64,000 nucleotides of DNA from Terriglobia bacterium (GCA_963666975.2 CAXVYR010000004.1:960001-1024000), one strand, 5' to 3'. Numbered from the stretch's first letter, positions 28,443-38,673 are shown. The notes: generated from the letters alone by a model not told the origin. Translations and numbers: made by a program.

Positions 28443-29048
28443 TTAATCCTCCGCCGGTGGAGCCTTGCGCTGTAATCTCAGGGTCAACAGGATCAGGACA
28501 ATGACTAACGCGACGGCCCCGGCGAAGGCGGGCCCTGAGTCGATGAACCAGTCCCACACCTGCTGTCCGTAGCGGACTCCCAACCATCCCTCCACAAAAT
28601 AACGGGTTCCACGGCCCACCAACAAAGCGAGGACAAACCGCTCCAGGCGGTACTGCGCCAGCCCCGCTGCAATCACAAACAGCTTGAAAGGCGTAGGAGG
28701 AGGCAGCACCGAAGCGGTAATGATAGCCAGCGCCCCGTATTTCTCCACCCAGCCTCGCACGCGAGGCAAGCCGGAATAGTTGGGGTTTTTCCTGCGTAAT
28801 ATTTCCTCTCCCTTGCGGGTCACAAAGTACAGCGCCAAACATCCTATCAGGGAACCGGTTGTGGCGGCAAAGACGTAGAAAAGCATCCGTGAGGGATTCA
28901 GGACGGATAAAGAAATCACCCACAGGTCCACTACGTTCGGCAGGGAAAGGAAGGAGGAATCGAGCACTGCGGCTGTAAAAAGCCCCCAGCCTCCCAGGGG
29001 AAGCAGGACCGTCTGTGCCCACTCGCCAAACTTTTTAAGAAAAGACAA
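28443..29048 (-). CDS. DedA/VTT (YqaA-like) membrane protein
   Basis: LDSSFLSLP..D, GSLIG, LPPPTPFKLFVIAAG, GRGTRY; TTG start with GAGG RBS at 29056-29059. Confidence 0.85.
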   Translation of the reverse strand: MSFLKKFGEWAQTVLLPLGGWGLFTAAVLDSSFLSLPNVVDLWVISLSVLNPSRMLFYVFAATTGSLIGCLALYFVTRKGEEILRRKNPNYSGLPRVRGWVEKYGALAIITASVLPPPTPFKLFVIAAGLAQYRLERFVLALLVGRGTRYFVEGWLGVRYGQQVWDWFIDSGPAFAGAVALVIVLILLTLRLQRKAPPAED

Positions 29049-29059
29049 ATAATCGCCTC

Positions 29060-29192
29060 AGTGCAGAAAGAGACAGTCGCGGCGCAGGCACATGCCTCCG
29101 CACATCGGCACGGGGGCCAGGCGAGGAAGGTTGCGGTTCTTCGAGGCGGCACGCGGCCCCCGAAGGGCGCACCCGCCTCTGATGTCTGCACT
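29060..29192 (-). ncRNA. Candidate structured cis-regulatory RNA in the 5' leader of the DedA/VTT gene
   Basis: Terminal stem AGTGCAGA/TCTGCACT; long hairpin GAGGCGG..CCC-TTCG-GGG..CCGCCTC; second hairpin CCTCGC..GCGGAGG; ends directly before the RBS. No known family recognised. Confidence 0.5.
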
Positions 29193-29201
29193 CTTCTAAT
29201 T

Positions 29202-29253
29202 CGGTTCGAGAAAGCGGTTCGAAAGAGCGGCTAGAGAGAGCGGTTCGAGAAAG
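29202..29253. repeat. 13-bp tandem repeat x4
   Basis: CGGTTCGAGAAAG CGGTTCGAAAGAG CGGCTAGAGAGAG CGGTTCGAGAAAG. Confidence 0.9.
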
Positions 29254-29329
29254 AGGAACATTGCGTGCGGCGCGGACCTGCTGGCCTCTCCATGCATTGC
29301 CGCTCAGAAGGCCCGCAACTCCCGGCCCC

Positions 29330-30154
29330 TTAGTTGAAACTTTTGATCGCCGTGGCTTCGTCCGAAAAAACTTCAAAAACAGTGTAGAGCTTTGTGATCT
29401 GCAAAAGGTCGTGGACCTTCTTGGTCAGATTCAGCAGCTTCAGTTGTCCTCCTTGATTGGTGAGGCTGGTGTATCCACTGATCAGTCCGCCGAGACCGGA
29501 ACTGTCGATGTAGTTCACATCCGCCAGGTTTAACAGAATTTTCTTTTGGCCCTTGCCGGCCAAGTCCTGGAGCGCTTCCCGCAGGATGCTGGTCGCTTCA
29601 CCGAGAGTAATTCGGCCACTAAGGTCTACGATCGTCACGCTATCCACTTGCCGACTGCTTGCTTTTATGCTCACTTTGCTGTTCTCCTGGAGGGCAGTAT
29701 TTGAAAGATGTTTAATCATTCTGACCTCCATGCCACTGGAAGCCAACCGACGCATGATAACTTCATCCATGCAGTTTTTCATTAGAAAAACTCCGCGGCC
29801 CGACTGGCGCAGGAGATTTTCCGGATTCCGCGGGTCCGGCAAACAGCCGGGGTCGAACCCTTTTCCCTCATCTTGAATGGCGACCATTACCCCGGCTTCG
29901 CTCAACTCTGCCTTCAGAACTACTTTTTTGCCCGGGTCGCCGCAATTGCCATGAACCACAGCATTCGCCAGCGACTCTCTGACAGCCAGCCCGATCTCCT
30001 CCCGCTGCTGCTCGCTGAACCCCCCCGCTTCAGAAAACTGCAGGACGAACGATTCAGCCAAATTTACACTTTCCAGCGTGCTCTCCAGCGTGAGCGCGAG
30101 ACGCCTGCTTGGAGTATTCTTTGCCTCATCTCCGGAAATCCGCTGTGCCGTCAT
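29330..30154 (-). CDS. Fused anti-sigma factor kinase (RsbW-like) and STAS anti-sigma antagonist (RsbV-like)
   Basis: N-half: LAVRESLANAVVHGN, DEGKGFD, SGRGVFLM. C-half: IVDLSGRITLGE, LNLADVNYIDSSGLG, LLQITKLYTVFEVF. No stop codon between them. Confidence 0.88.
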   Translation of the reverse strand: MTAQRISGDEAKNTPSRRLALTLESTLESVNLAESFVLQFSEAGGFSEQQREEIGLAVRESLANAVVHGNCGDPGKKVVLKAELSEAGVMVAIQDEGKGFDPGCLPDPRNPENLLRQSGRGVFLMKNCMDEVIMRRLASSGMEVRMIKHLSNTALQENSKVSIKASSRQVDSVTIVDLSGRITLGEATSILREALQDLAGKGQKKILLNLADVNYIDSSGLGGLISGYTSLTNQGGQLKLLNLTKKVHDLLQITKLYTVFEVFSDEATAIKSFN

Positions 30155-30211
30155 GATGAACCCGGCCACTAGATTACATGCGCCCTGTAAATTGTCAACA
30201 GGAGCGGTCCG

Positions 30212-30499
30212 CTATCGGTTCGTTTCACCGGTGTCTGCGTCGATATATGCGTCGATCACGCGCGCTTGCTTCAAATAGTGAGGCAACGCATACTCGGCCA
30301 GAAAGCTCTCCAGGATTACGACGGCGCCCCGCCATTCCCCGGCGGGATGAGGCGCGTTCGGCTCGTGCAAGCAAGAGCCGCTGCTTCCCTCTTCCGGACT
30401 GCAACGGCTGCTCTGAATCTCAGAAAAATGGCGCAGGCTTTCCCAGGCTTCGTTTCCTGTCGTCCCGCTGATATCGATCTGCAACCGCAGTTTCCGCAA
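30212..30499 (-). CDS. Small hypothetical protein
   Basis: TTG start shortly downstream of ilvD after a purine-rich tract (MRKLRLQIDISG..CLHEPNAPHP.GEW..ALPHYL). Co-oriented between ilvD and the RsbW-STAS gene. Confidence 0.55.
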   Translation of the reverse strand: MRKLRLQIDISGTTGNEAWESLRHFSEIQSSRCSPEEGSSGSCLHEPNAPHPAGEWRGAVVILESFLAEYALPHYLKQARVIDAYIDADTGETNR

Positions 30500-30533
30500 G
30501 CCGCCGTTCCCGTTCCTTCCTAAAAAAGCTGCC

Positions 30534-32231
30534 TCACCCGCAGACCGCTCCTTTGGAGGCCGAGGAAACCAGCCGTGCGTATTTCGCCAAGGCGCCCGAC
30601 TTGTACCGCGGAGCGGGCGGCTTCCAGCGGGCCAGCCGCTTCTTGATCTCCTTGGCCGGCAAATCGACGGACAAAACGCGGCGCTCCGCATCCACGGTGA
30701 CGATGTCACCTTCCTTCAGGGCGGCAATCGGTCCTCCCACCGCCGCCTCCGGCGCCACGTGGCCCGCCATAAGGCCGTGCGTGGCTCCTGAGAACCGTCC
30801 GTCGGTCAGCAGCGCGACATGATCTCCCAATCCTTCGCCGTACAGAGCCCCGGTTACGGCCAGCATCTCCCGCATTCCGGGCCCGCCCTTGGGCCCCTCG
30901 TAGCGGATCACCACCACATCACCGGCCTTGACCTTCCCTTTGAGGATCGCCTTCATGGCGGCCTCCTCGCTGTCGAAGACGCGGGCCGGTCCTTTGAGCC
31001 GCAGCTTTTCGACACCGGCCGTCTTGACCACAGCGCCTTCCGGCGCCAGATTTCCCTTCAGGACAACCAGTGTTCCGGTGGGCGAGATGGGCGAGGAGAG
31101 GGCCCGGATGACTTCTCTGTTGCCGTTCAGCTTGCAACCCTTCAGATTTTCCCTCACCGTTTTCCCGGTGACGGTCAAGGCGTCTCCATACAGCAGCCCT
31201 GCCTTCAGAAGCATCTTCATCAGCAAAGGCACCCCGCCCGCCTTGTCCAGGTCCGCCATGACGAATCTTCCGCCCGGACGCATATCGGCAATGTGAGGAG
31301 TGCGGCGGCTGATGCGGTCCATATCCTCCAGAGTCAGCCGGACACCGGCTTCCTGGGCGATGGCCAGCAGGTGCAGAACGGCGTTGGTGGAACCGCCGCT
31401 GGCCACTACCACCGTGACGGCGTTGTGAAAAGCCTTCGGCTTGAGGATATCGCTCGGACGGATTCCTTTCGCCAGCATGTCGAGCACCGCCTCCCCGGAG
31501 CGGAAGCTGGCCTCCTGCCGCCGCTCGTCCACCGCCGGCACCGTCGCCGTTCCCGGCAAGGCCATTCCCAGGGCCTCAATGGCCGAGGCCATGGTGTTGG
31601 CCGTATAAAGACCGGCGCAAGACCCCGCGCCGGGACAGGCGCTGTGCTCCAGGCGGCTCAGCTCCTCGAGCGACATTTTTCCCCGTGCGTGCGCCCCGAC
31701 CGCTTCAAAAACATCCTGGATCGTTACCGGCTTGTTCTCGTGCTCGCCGGGAAGGATGCTGCCGCCGTAAAGGAACACGCCAGGAATGTTCAGCCGGGCC
31801 AGAGCCAGAAGCATCCCCGGCAGGCTTTTGTCACAACCGGCAATCGTCAGCAACCCGTCGAACCGCTCGGCCAGGGCCATCAATTCCACCGAGTCCGCAA
31901 TCACCTCCCGGCTGACCAAGGATGCTTTCATCCCCGCGTGACCCATAGCGATGGCGTCGCTCACCGCGATGGTGCCAAACTCAAACGGCGTGCCCCCGGC
32001 GGCCGTGACGCCTTCCTTGCCCTTCTTCGCCAAGTGGTTCAGATGAAAGTTGCACGGGGTCACTTCATTCCAACTGCTGGCCACCCCGACGTGCGGGCGC
32101 GCAATCTGCTCGTCGGTGAAACCCATGGCGTGGAACATCGCGCGGTGGGGCGCGCGTTCCGGACCTTCGGTAACCTGCCAGCTCCGGTGCTTCATTTTAC
32201 GGTCTGTCTTCACCTTGCGCGCTGTCTTCAT
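30534..32231 (-). CDS. ilvD: Dihydroxy-acid dehydratase
   Basis: [64 protein letters not shown]; ATG after GAGG. Confidence 0.96.
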   Translation of the reverse strand: MKTARKVKTDRKMKHRSWQVTEGPERAPHRAMFHAMGFTDEQIARPHVGVASSWNEVTPCNFHLNHLAKKGKEGVTAAGGTPFEFGTIAVSDAIAMGHAGMKASLVSREVIADSVELMALAERFDGLLTIAGCDKSLPGMLLALARLNIPGVFLYGGSILPGEHENKPVTIQDVFEAVGAHARGKMSLEELSRLEHSACPGAGSCAGLYTANTMASAIEALGMALPGTATVPAVDERRQEASFRSGEAVLDMLAKGIRPSDILKPKAFHNAVTVVVASGGSTNAVLHLLAIAQEAGVRLTLEDMDRISRRTPHIADMRPGGRFVMADLDKAGGVPLLMKMLLKAGLLYGDALTVTGKTVRENLKGCKLNGNREVIRALSSPISPTGTLVVLKGNLAPEGAVVKTAGVEKLRLKGPARVFDSEEAAMKAILKGKVKAGDVVVIRYEGPKGGPGMREMLAVTGALYGEGLGDHVALLTDGRFSGATHGLMAGHVAPEAAVGGPIAALKEGDIVTVDAERRVLSVDLPAKEIKKRLARWKPPAPRYKSGALAKYARLVSSASKGAVCG

Positions 32232-32389
32232 CTGGCACCTCAACTTTTTTGACCCTGAATGCGGCCCCGGCTGCGGTTCTCGGGGCTTTCTACCTTCGCT
32301 ACTGCTTCCAGCGGAATAGGCGGCAGATTCAGGAACCAACTAGTATAACGCAGAACTTCGCGGGCCGGGCTTGCGGGCCGAGCCCCCGG

Positions 32390-34498
32390 CTAGCTTGCTG
32401 TTGCTAACTGCCGGGCGAGCGCCTGGGGATCAGAGGTGGGCATTTGGCATGCATAGTTCCGGCAGACGTAGGCGGCAGGTTTGCCGTCAAGGAGTTGCTT
32501 GTCCGTCAGCAGCGGGATGCGCGCAATACGTTCCGGCGCGTCCGGAGCGCCCGGGTCGAGCAGGGCCACGACCTTGTTGGGAAGAAAAGTGCCGGAAATC
32601 GTTCGGAGCAATGCTTGAATCTTAGGGTCTTGAGATTCACCCACGATGGCGATCTCCCGGAAGCCTTCGTGGAAGGCTTCCATGCCGCAAAGCAAACGCT
32701 CGTGCCCGAACGAGGACTGGGCAACGCTGGCGCTGAACAGGCTGAGGATTTCCGCGGCCTTGTCGCGAAGATCGTTTCGTCCCAGCAGGAGGTGGAGCCT
32801 CAGAAGATTGGAGACCATCACGGAGTTGCCCGAGGGAATAGCGTTGTCATTCGCGAGCTTGCTGCGAACAATCAGCTTTTCGTGGTCGCCGGCGGTAAAA
32901 AAGAAACCTCCTTGCTCCCGGTCCCAGTAATGCTCGATGGCGGTGTCGGTCAGCCGTTCGGCCTCCGCCAGCCAGCGAAGATCGCCGGTCGCTTCAAAAA
33001 GCCCTGTCAGCCCGTCGATGAAGAAAGCATAGTCGTCAATATAGGCCGTCAGGTTCGCAACACCTCCGCGATAGGAGCGCAGGAGCCGCCCGTCCTTTTG
33101 CATCCGCGCGAGGACGAAGTCAGCGGCGCGGGTCGCCGCATCGAGATAGTTCGGTTCCTCTAACACTGCCGCGCCTTTCACCAGGCTGGCGATCATCAAA
33201 CCGTTCCAGGCTGCGAGGATTTTGTCGTCGAGGCCGGGCCGGACCCGCTTTTGCCGGACCTCGAAGAGCTTGCTCCGGGCAGCGGCGAGCCTTTTTCTTA
33301 GCTCCTGCGGATCAATGGAATGCTGCCGGGCCACTGCTTCGAGCGGCTGAAGAATTCGCAAAATATTCTTCGGCCCCGACGGCACGTGCGCGTCGCCGGG
33401 ATGGTCCCAGTTGCCCTGCTCGGTGACGTCGTAGTAGGAGGCGAACAAGCGCGCCTCCTCTTTTCCCAAAGCCTCTTGCACTTGCTCCAGGGTCCAGATA
33501 TAAAACTTGCCCTCCATCCCTTCGCTGTCGGCGTCCTCGGTGGAGTAGATTCCGCCCTCTTCGCTTTGGAGGTACGAAGTCACGTATTCGAAGATGCCCC
33601 GGGCCGCTTCCGCAAAGAGTTTCTTTCCGCTCGCCAGGTAGCCATCCAGGTAGATGGCGCTCACCAGAGCCTGGTCGTAGAGCATCTTTTCAAAGTGCGG
33701 AACCAGCCACTGCGGGTCGGTGCTGTAGCGATGAATTCCGCCGCCCAGGTGGTCGTAGATGCCCCCGCTTGCCATTTTCTCCAAAGTGAGTTCCACGGCT
33801 TCGAGCATCTCCGGGCCTCCGCCGTTGCGGTGCTCCCGCAGCAGCAACTCCATCGACATGCTGGGAGGAAACTTATTGGTTCCGCTGCCGACGCCTCCAT
33901 GACGGGGATCGTAGGCATGGAGCATTTGCCGGGCAGCTTCGGAGACTGCTTTCCGCGAAAGCATCTCCCCTTTCGCGGTTTTGTGGAAGTTTCCAAGTAT
34001 CCCGACAACCTGGGTTGCGTCGTTTAGCAAATCCCCTGCCTTCTCCCGCCAGAGCCCGGCCAGCCGCTCCAGCACGGACTTGAATCCGGGCCGCCCGTAG
34101 TAGTCCTCGCGGGGGAAATAGGTTCCGGCGAAAAACGGCTTGCCGTCCGGCGTGAGCCAAACGCTCATGGGCCATCCGCCGTGCCCGCGCGTGTACAGGA
34201 CGGTAGCGTTCATATAAATCTCGTCCAGGTCGGGCCGCTCCTCCCGGTCCACTTTGATGGGGATGAAGTGCTCGTTCAGGAAACGAGCCACTTCCTCGTC
34301 CTCAAAGCTTTCGTGCTCCATCACGTGACACCAGTGGCAGGCGGCGTAACCGATGCTCAGAAAAATGGGCTTGTTCTCGCCGGCGGCCAGACGCAGCGCC
34401 TCCGGCCCCCAGGGATTCCAGTTCACTGGATTGTGCGCGTGCTGCAGCAGATAGGGGCTGGTCGCGTCGATGAGGCGGTTCGTGAATTTGTGTTCCAT
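32390..34498 (-). CDS. Thioredoxin domain-containing protein YyaL/DUF255 (SPATA20-like)
   Basis: [70 protein letters not shown]. Confidence 0.93.
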   Translation of the reverse strand: MEHKFTNRLIDATSPYLLQHAHNPVNWNPWGPEALRLAAGENKPIFLSIGYAACHWCHVMEHESFEDEEVARFLNEHFIPIKVDREERPDLDEIYMNATVLYTRGHGGWPMSVWLTPDGKPFFAGTYFPREDYYGRPGFKSVLERLAGLWREKAGDLLNDATQVVGILGNFHKTAKGEMLSRKAVSEAARQMLHAYDPRHGGVGSGTNKFPPSMSMELLLREHRNGGGPEMLEAVELTLEKMASGGIYDHLGGGIHRYSTDPQWLVPHFEKMLYDQALVSAIYLDGYLASGKKLFAEAARGIFEYVTSYLQSEEGGIYSTEDADSEGMEGKFYIWTLEQVQEALGKEEARLFASYYDVTEQGNWDHPGDAHVPSGPKNILRILQPLEAVARQHSIDPQELRKRLAAARSKLFEVRQKRVRPGLDDKILAAWNGLMIASLVKGAAVLEEPNYLDAATRAADFVLARMQKDGRLLRSYRGGVANLTAYIDDYAFFIDGLTGLFEATGDLRWLAEAERLTDTAIEHYWDREQGGFFFTAGDHEKLIVRSKLANDNAIPSGNSVMVSNLLRLHLLLGRNDLRDKAAEILSLFSASVAQSSFGHERLLCGMEAFHEGFREIAIVGESQDPKIQALLRTISGTFLPNKVVALLDPGAPDAPERIARIPLLTDKQLLDGKPAAYVCRNYACQMPTSDPQALARQLATAS

Positions 34499-34630
34499 AG
34501 TAGCTGCTTATAACCTACACCGAATGGGTCCCTGCCGTGCAGCAGTTAAACTCTGCGGATTCGATTGACTCGATTTTGGGGGAAGACTAACATCTAAGCA
34601 CAATAACATTCTGAGGGAACAGCAAAGGCA

Positions 34631-35281
34631 ATGGATAGTCAAACATTTGTAAAAGAGTTGGAAGCCTCCAATCAGGTGCAGCTAGCAAAGCTTGCAGAGC
34701 TGGAACCTTCCGGCGGAGAAGCTCCTGATGTCGAAATCAAACAACTGCTCCAGATCGCCCTTGTCAATGAGATCAACGTCAGCGAGTTGGCGGCGGCCTG
34801 GGTGCCCTCCACCCCGGAGATGGACGTCAAGCTTGCCCTGGCCCAGCAAGTGGGTGATGAGGCGACCCACTTCAGCCTGGTGGAAGGCCGCATGCGCGCG
34901 CTGGGATTCTTGACCGACGGGTTCCAACCGCCGCCGGGCAATCCGCTGTTTGCTTACCTGAAGAGCTTGGCCACAACGGTGGAGAGAGTCGCAGGCGACC
35001 TGTTTACATTGGAGTCCATTGCTTATCAGGTGAATGAGCAGTTCATGAAATATTGCGAGCGGCTGGGCGAGAACGAAACCGTAAAGCTTTATCAGACACG
35101 GATTCAACCCGACGAATTGCACCACCACCATTTGGGCAAGGCGCTGCTTGAGAAATATGCCGTCACCCCGGAAGCCCAGCAACGGGCGCGGCAGGCCGCT
35201 GCGAAGACTTTGGCGATTGCGCTCGAAACCCGCCTCCTGATGACTCAGAAGCTGGGGACGGCCTGTTTTCCAGGTTGTTAA
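34631..35281 (+). CDS. Ferritin-like di-iron domain protein
   Basis: All-helical pattern with paired ExxH motifs (DEATH, DELHH) and acidic ligands (NEINVSE, LESIA); ends CFPGC. Confidence 0.7.
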   Translation: MDSQTFVKELEASNQVQLAKLAELEPSGGEAPDVEIKQLLQIALVNEINVSELAAAWVPSTPEMDVKLALAQQVGDEATHFSLVEGRMRALGFLTDGFQPPPGNPLFAYLKSLATTVERVAGDLFTLESIAYQVNEQFMKYCERLGENETVKLYQTRIQPDELHHHHLGKALLEKYAVTPEAQQRARQAAAKTLAIALETRLLMTQKLGTACFPGC

Positions 35282-35300
35282 TCTCATACGACAGCCCTCC

Positions 35301-36866
35301 ATGCCCGGCCTTGATATGCACAATCGGGATTTAGACGCCCTCTGGAACTATCACAACACCACCAAGCATTCCTACCAGAGTGTCAGAACCAATGCGCACT
35401 ACCTGGACTGGGCCAACTATCCTTTTCCTTTTAAGATTTATTCGGACCTCGATCCGATTCCCTTGCCGCGGGAGTGGGCGGGTTCGGACGCCGATGCCTT
35501 CTCCGTGGTCGCCTCACCGGGAACGACCACAACAGAGGCCGTGCCGGATTTGAAGACGCTGGCCGCGATTCTGTTTCATTCCGCCGGTGTCACACGGCAC
35601 AGGACTTTCCCGGGAGGAGACCTCTATTTCCGCGCGGCGGCCTGCACGGGCGCTCTCTACGAGGTGGAGCTGTATCTGGTCTGCGGCCGCCTTCCAGAAC
35701 TAGGCGCGGGCGTCTATCACTTCAATCCCGGTGATTTTGCTCTTCGCAAGCTGCGGGACGGCGATTATCGCAGCGTCCTCGCAACCGCTTCCGGAAATGA
35801 AACGTCCATCGCCAGCGCGCCGGTAACGATTGTTTGCACGGGGATTTACTGGCGCAACGCATGGAAATACCAGGCGCGGACATACCGCCATTTTTTCTGG
35901 GACAACGGAACCATGCTGGCCAATCTGCTGGCCATGGCTGCTGCCTTGCGGATGCCGTCACGTATCGTAATGGGTTTTGTGGACACAGAAGTCAACCGCC
36001 TTCTGGACCTCGACACCCACCGCGAGGTGTCGATCTCGCTGGTAGCGCTGGGAACAAGTTCTGCGCCGCTGCCGGAAGCTCCAGCGGAGATCGCCCCGCT
36101 GGCTTTGAAGACGGTTACGCCGTCCAAACAAGAGATTGACTACCCGCTGATGCGAAGCGTCCATGCGGCGACCTCGCTCGAAAGCGCGGAACAGGTGAAG
36201 GCATGGCAGGGCCAAACTCCTGCGGCACGGCCCGCTGCATCGGGTGCGCGGACAGTGCTTCTGGAGCCTCTCCCGGACGAGCGGCTGCCCCACCCCAACA
36301 TCGAGCAGGTGATCCTGCGCCGGGGCTCCACGCGACAGTTTGCCCGCCTGCCGATTCGCTTCGATCAGCTTTCCACACTGTTGACCCGAACAACGCGCGG
36401 GGTTCCCGCAGATTTTCTGGACCCGGCAGGATCGAGGCTCAACGACCTGTACCTGATCGTGAATGCGGTGGAAGGCCTTCCGTCCGGGGCTTACTTCCTC
36501 CACCGTGACGCATGGAAGCTGGAGCTTCTGAAAGAGGGCGATTTCCGGGAGCAGGCGGGCCGCCTGGGCTTGGAGCAGCAGTTGCCCGCCGATGCCAGCG
36601 TTGCTGTTTTCTTTCTGGCCGACTTAAAGTCCACACTGGAGCGGTTTGGAAACCGTGGATATCGCGCGGCGCAGATCGAGGCCGGCATCCTGGGAGGAAA
36701 GCTCTACCTCGCCGCCTACGCGCAGAAGCTGGGCGCAACGGGCCTGACTTTTTTTGATGACGAAGTGACGGAGTTTTTCTCGCCGCACGCCTCCGGCAAA
36801 AGCGCGATCTTCCTGACGGCGATCGGTGTCTCGGCCAGAAATCCGCTCCGGCAGGTCAGCCCTTGA
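35301..36866 (+). CDS. SagB/ThcOx-family dehydrogenase (two nitroreductase-like domains)
   Basis: YHNTTKHS, LDWANYP.PFK, RAAACTGALYEVELY, WKYQARTYRH, RRGSTRQF, RGYRAAQIEAG, GATGLTFFDDEV. Confidence 0.88.
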   Translation: MPGLDMHNRDLDALWNYHNTTKHSYQSVRTNAHYLDWANYPFPFKIYSDLDPIPLPREWAGSDADAFSVVASPGTTTTEAVPDLKTLAAILFHSAGVTRHRTFPGGDLYFRAAACTGALYEVELYLVCGRLPELGAGVYHFNPGDFALRKLRDGDYRSVLATASGNETSIASAPVTIVCTGIYWRNAWKYQARTYRHFFWDNGTMLANLLAMAAALRMPSRIVMGFVDTEVNRLLDLDTHREVSISLVALGTSSAPLPEAPAEIAPLALKTVTPSKQEIDYPLMRSVHAATSLESAEQVKAWQGQTPAARPAASGARTVLLEPLPDERLPHPNIEQVILRRGSTRQFARLPIRFDQLSTLLTRTTRGVPADFLDPAGSRLNDLYLIVNAVEGLPSGAYFLHRDAWKLELLKEGDFREQAGRLGLEQQLPADASVAVFFLADLKSTLERFGNRGYRAAQIEAGILGGKLYLAAYAQKLGATGLTFFDDEVTEFFSPHASGKSAIFLTAIGVSARNPLRQVSP

Positions 36867-37109
36867 AAGCGGCAACGGAAGGCGGCAACTTCCCGCAATC
36901 ACACGGATGACCTGCCCGGCAACATCCTCGCACAATTGAAAAGCTGATTCCAATGCACAGCCCTTTGACAACCCATTGACAACCGAGTTGCGGCTGGATT
37001 AGGGTGTTGTTAAATCGCTTGACGGTGGGAAAGAATCCAGGCGCGGAGCGCCCGGTTGGATTTGCACCCGGCTGCTGCGAGATATCTGTTAGGAGGCTCG
37101 GGAGAATTT

Positions 37110-37862
37110 ATGGTGAAGAAGCTGGTGCTTGCTTCCTTACTAATCATATTTTCCCTGACCCTCTCGCTGGGGAACCAACGCCAACGACAACGCGGTTATT
37201 CTCTTCCCGAGGAGCCGAAAGACACGGAATTCATCTTCGCCCGTGTTTGGTTTTCCAGTGGCCGCGGGTTTAGCAACTTCAGCAGGCGAGCCGGCTGGGC
37301 CCACGATTATCCGGACGCCGAGGAGCACATCCTGCAAGTCGCCAATGAAGCCACCGGGATTAACTTGCACAAGATGTCCTATGTCATAGTGCGGCTGGAC
37401 AACGAGGATTTGTTCCGTTACCCCTTCTCGTACATGAGCGAGGTGGGCGAGATGAATATGTCCGAGCGCGAGGTGGAGGTCCTGCGCGAGTACCTGAACC
37501 GGGGCGGGTTTGTCATGGTGGACGATTTCGACAGCCAGTATTCCCTGGACTGGTTCGCCTCACAGATGAAAATGGTTTTTCCAGGGCGTGATTTTGTAGA
37601 GCTGACCGTAGAGCACCCCATATTCCACACTTTCTATGAGATGCCCACGTTGGATGTCGAGTCTCCTTATCAGTACAGGGCAGGTCCTCCTAAATTTTAC
37701 GGGTATTTCGATGACAACGGGCGGCTCTGCATGATCATTAACCACAACAACGACATCGGCGACTTCTGGGAGTGGATCGATCAGCCGCGTTATCCGCTGG
37801 AACCCTCCACCGAAGCGCTTCGGTTCGGCATCAATTACTTCATCTATTCGCTCACACACTAG
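37110..37862 (+). CDS. DUF4159 domain secreted protein
   Basis: Signal peptide; FIFARV, WAHDYPDAE, YPFSYMSEVG, LREYLNRGGFVMVDDF, HPIFH, NNDIGDFWEW, FGINYFIYSLTH. Confidence 0.85.
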   Translation: MVKKLVLASLLIIFSLTLSLGNQRQRQRGYSLPEEPKDTEFIFARVWFSSGRGFSNFSRRAGWAHDYPDAEEHILQVANEATGINLHKMSYVIVRLDNEDLFRYPFSYMSEVGEMNMSEREVEVLREYLNRGGFVMVDDFDSQYSLDWFASQMKMVFPGRDFVELTVEHPIFHTFYEMPTLDVESPYQYRAGPPKFYGYFDDNGRLCMIINHNNDIGDFWEWIDQPRYPLEPSTEALRFGINYFIYSLTH

Positions 37863-38115
37863 ACATTTATTTTACTCACACATTAAACTCTGCCAGCATA
37901 GCATTGAGCCGCGTTACCTGCCGCAACCGCCGTCACAGCCGAAAGTCCGCGATAAATGATAGCTGCTCGTGTACCTTGCAGGGCAAGCGACACTTCCGGA
38001 AAAAGAGGCTTGGCGGAAGGAGCAGGTCCCGGTAGAATTTAACGACAAGGAATATGGCCGGCATGAAGAAGGAAAAGGTCAAGGATCGCGCCTCTTGGGA
38101 TTGTTAAGGATGCGT

Positions 38116-38643
38116 ATGGTTCATATGCGGACGCTGATATTTGTTTTTCTGTGTTTTTCCCTGCTGGGGGCGGCTAGCCTCCCCGCCGGAAAGCTGCCGG
38201 GCGGTCACTGGGAGCTGCTGACCGTGGCCTATCCTCCCGACCGCGACGTTTTGGTCGCGCTCGGCGGCACGGAAAAAACCTTGACCACGAAGGGAATCTG
38301 CAAGGTGAAATGGCAGAATGGGTCCGCTTCCCTGGAGATCAAAGTGAAAGACCTGCCCGCTGCCAGCGAGATCAACTGGGCCGGACGGCGATATGTCCTT
38401 TGGGCGATCGACTCGGAGAAACGCAGCGTAAATCTAGGCCTCGTTCCCTTGAATGGGAAGGACGCAAAATGGAAAGTTCAGGCTCCCTTTCGGGTGTTCG
38501 GACTGCTGGTGACTGCTGAACAGAATCCCAGCGCGGAGGCCCCGAGCGGAGCCGTCGTCATGGAAAGCCTCCTGCCCACGGACCCGAGCCTGGTGGTTCC
38601 CGTTTTTCGCGTGGACGTGGCGCTCGTTCCCGCCCAAAGTTAG
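38116..38643 (+). CDS. Secreted hypothetical protein with RskA-C-like motifs
   Basis: Signal peptide; YVLWAID..VNLGLV..FGLLVTAE..PSGAVVMES. Start could be 38110, 38116 or 38125. Confidence 0.6.
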   Translation: MVHMRTLIFVFLCFSLLGAASLPAGKLPGGHWELLTVAYPPDRDVLVALGGTEKTLTTKGICKVKWQNGSASLEIKVKDLPAASEINWAGRRYVLWAIDSEKRSVNLGLVPLNGKDAKWKVQAPFRVFGLLVTAEQNPSAEAPSGAVVMESLLPTDPSLVVPVFRVDVALVPAQS

Positions 38644-38673
38644 GGCCTCCACCCGATTGATTTACCCTCCCCC

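Noticed and set aside
29060-29192. Assignment of the leader RNA to SAM-I/IV riboswitch, HDV-like ribozyme or 6S RNA
   Set aside because: Only fragments match (GCAACC..GUGC; UUCCUCG; terminal stem). The required pairings or length are absent and the downstream gene does not fit, so it is left unassigned.
29202-29253. GGTTCGA motifs suggesting a tRNA T-loop or a CRISPR array
   Set aside because: They are contiguous 13-bp tandem units with no cloverleaf, no spacers and no cas genes.
35301-36866. RiPP (azole peptide) biosynthetic cluster
   Set aside because: No YcaO/E1 cyclodehydratase, Cys/Ser-rich precursor or exporter is nearby.
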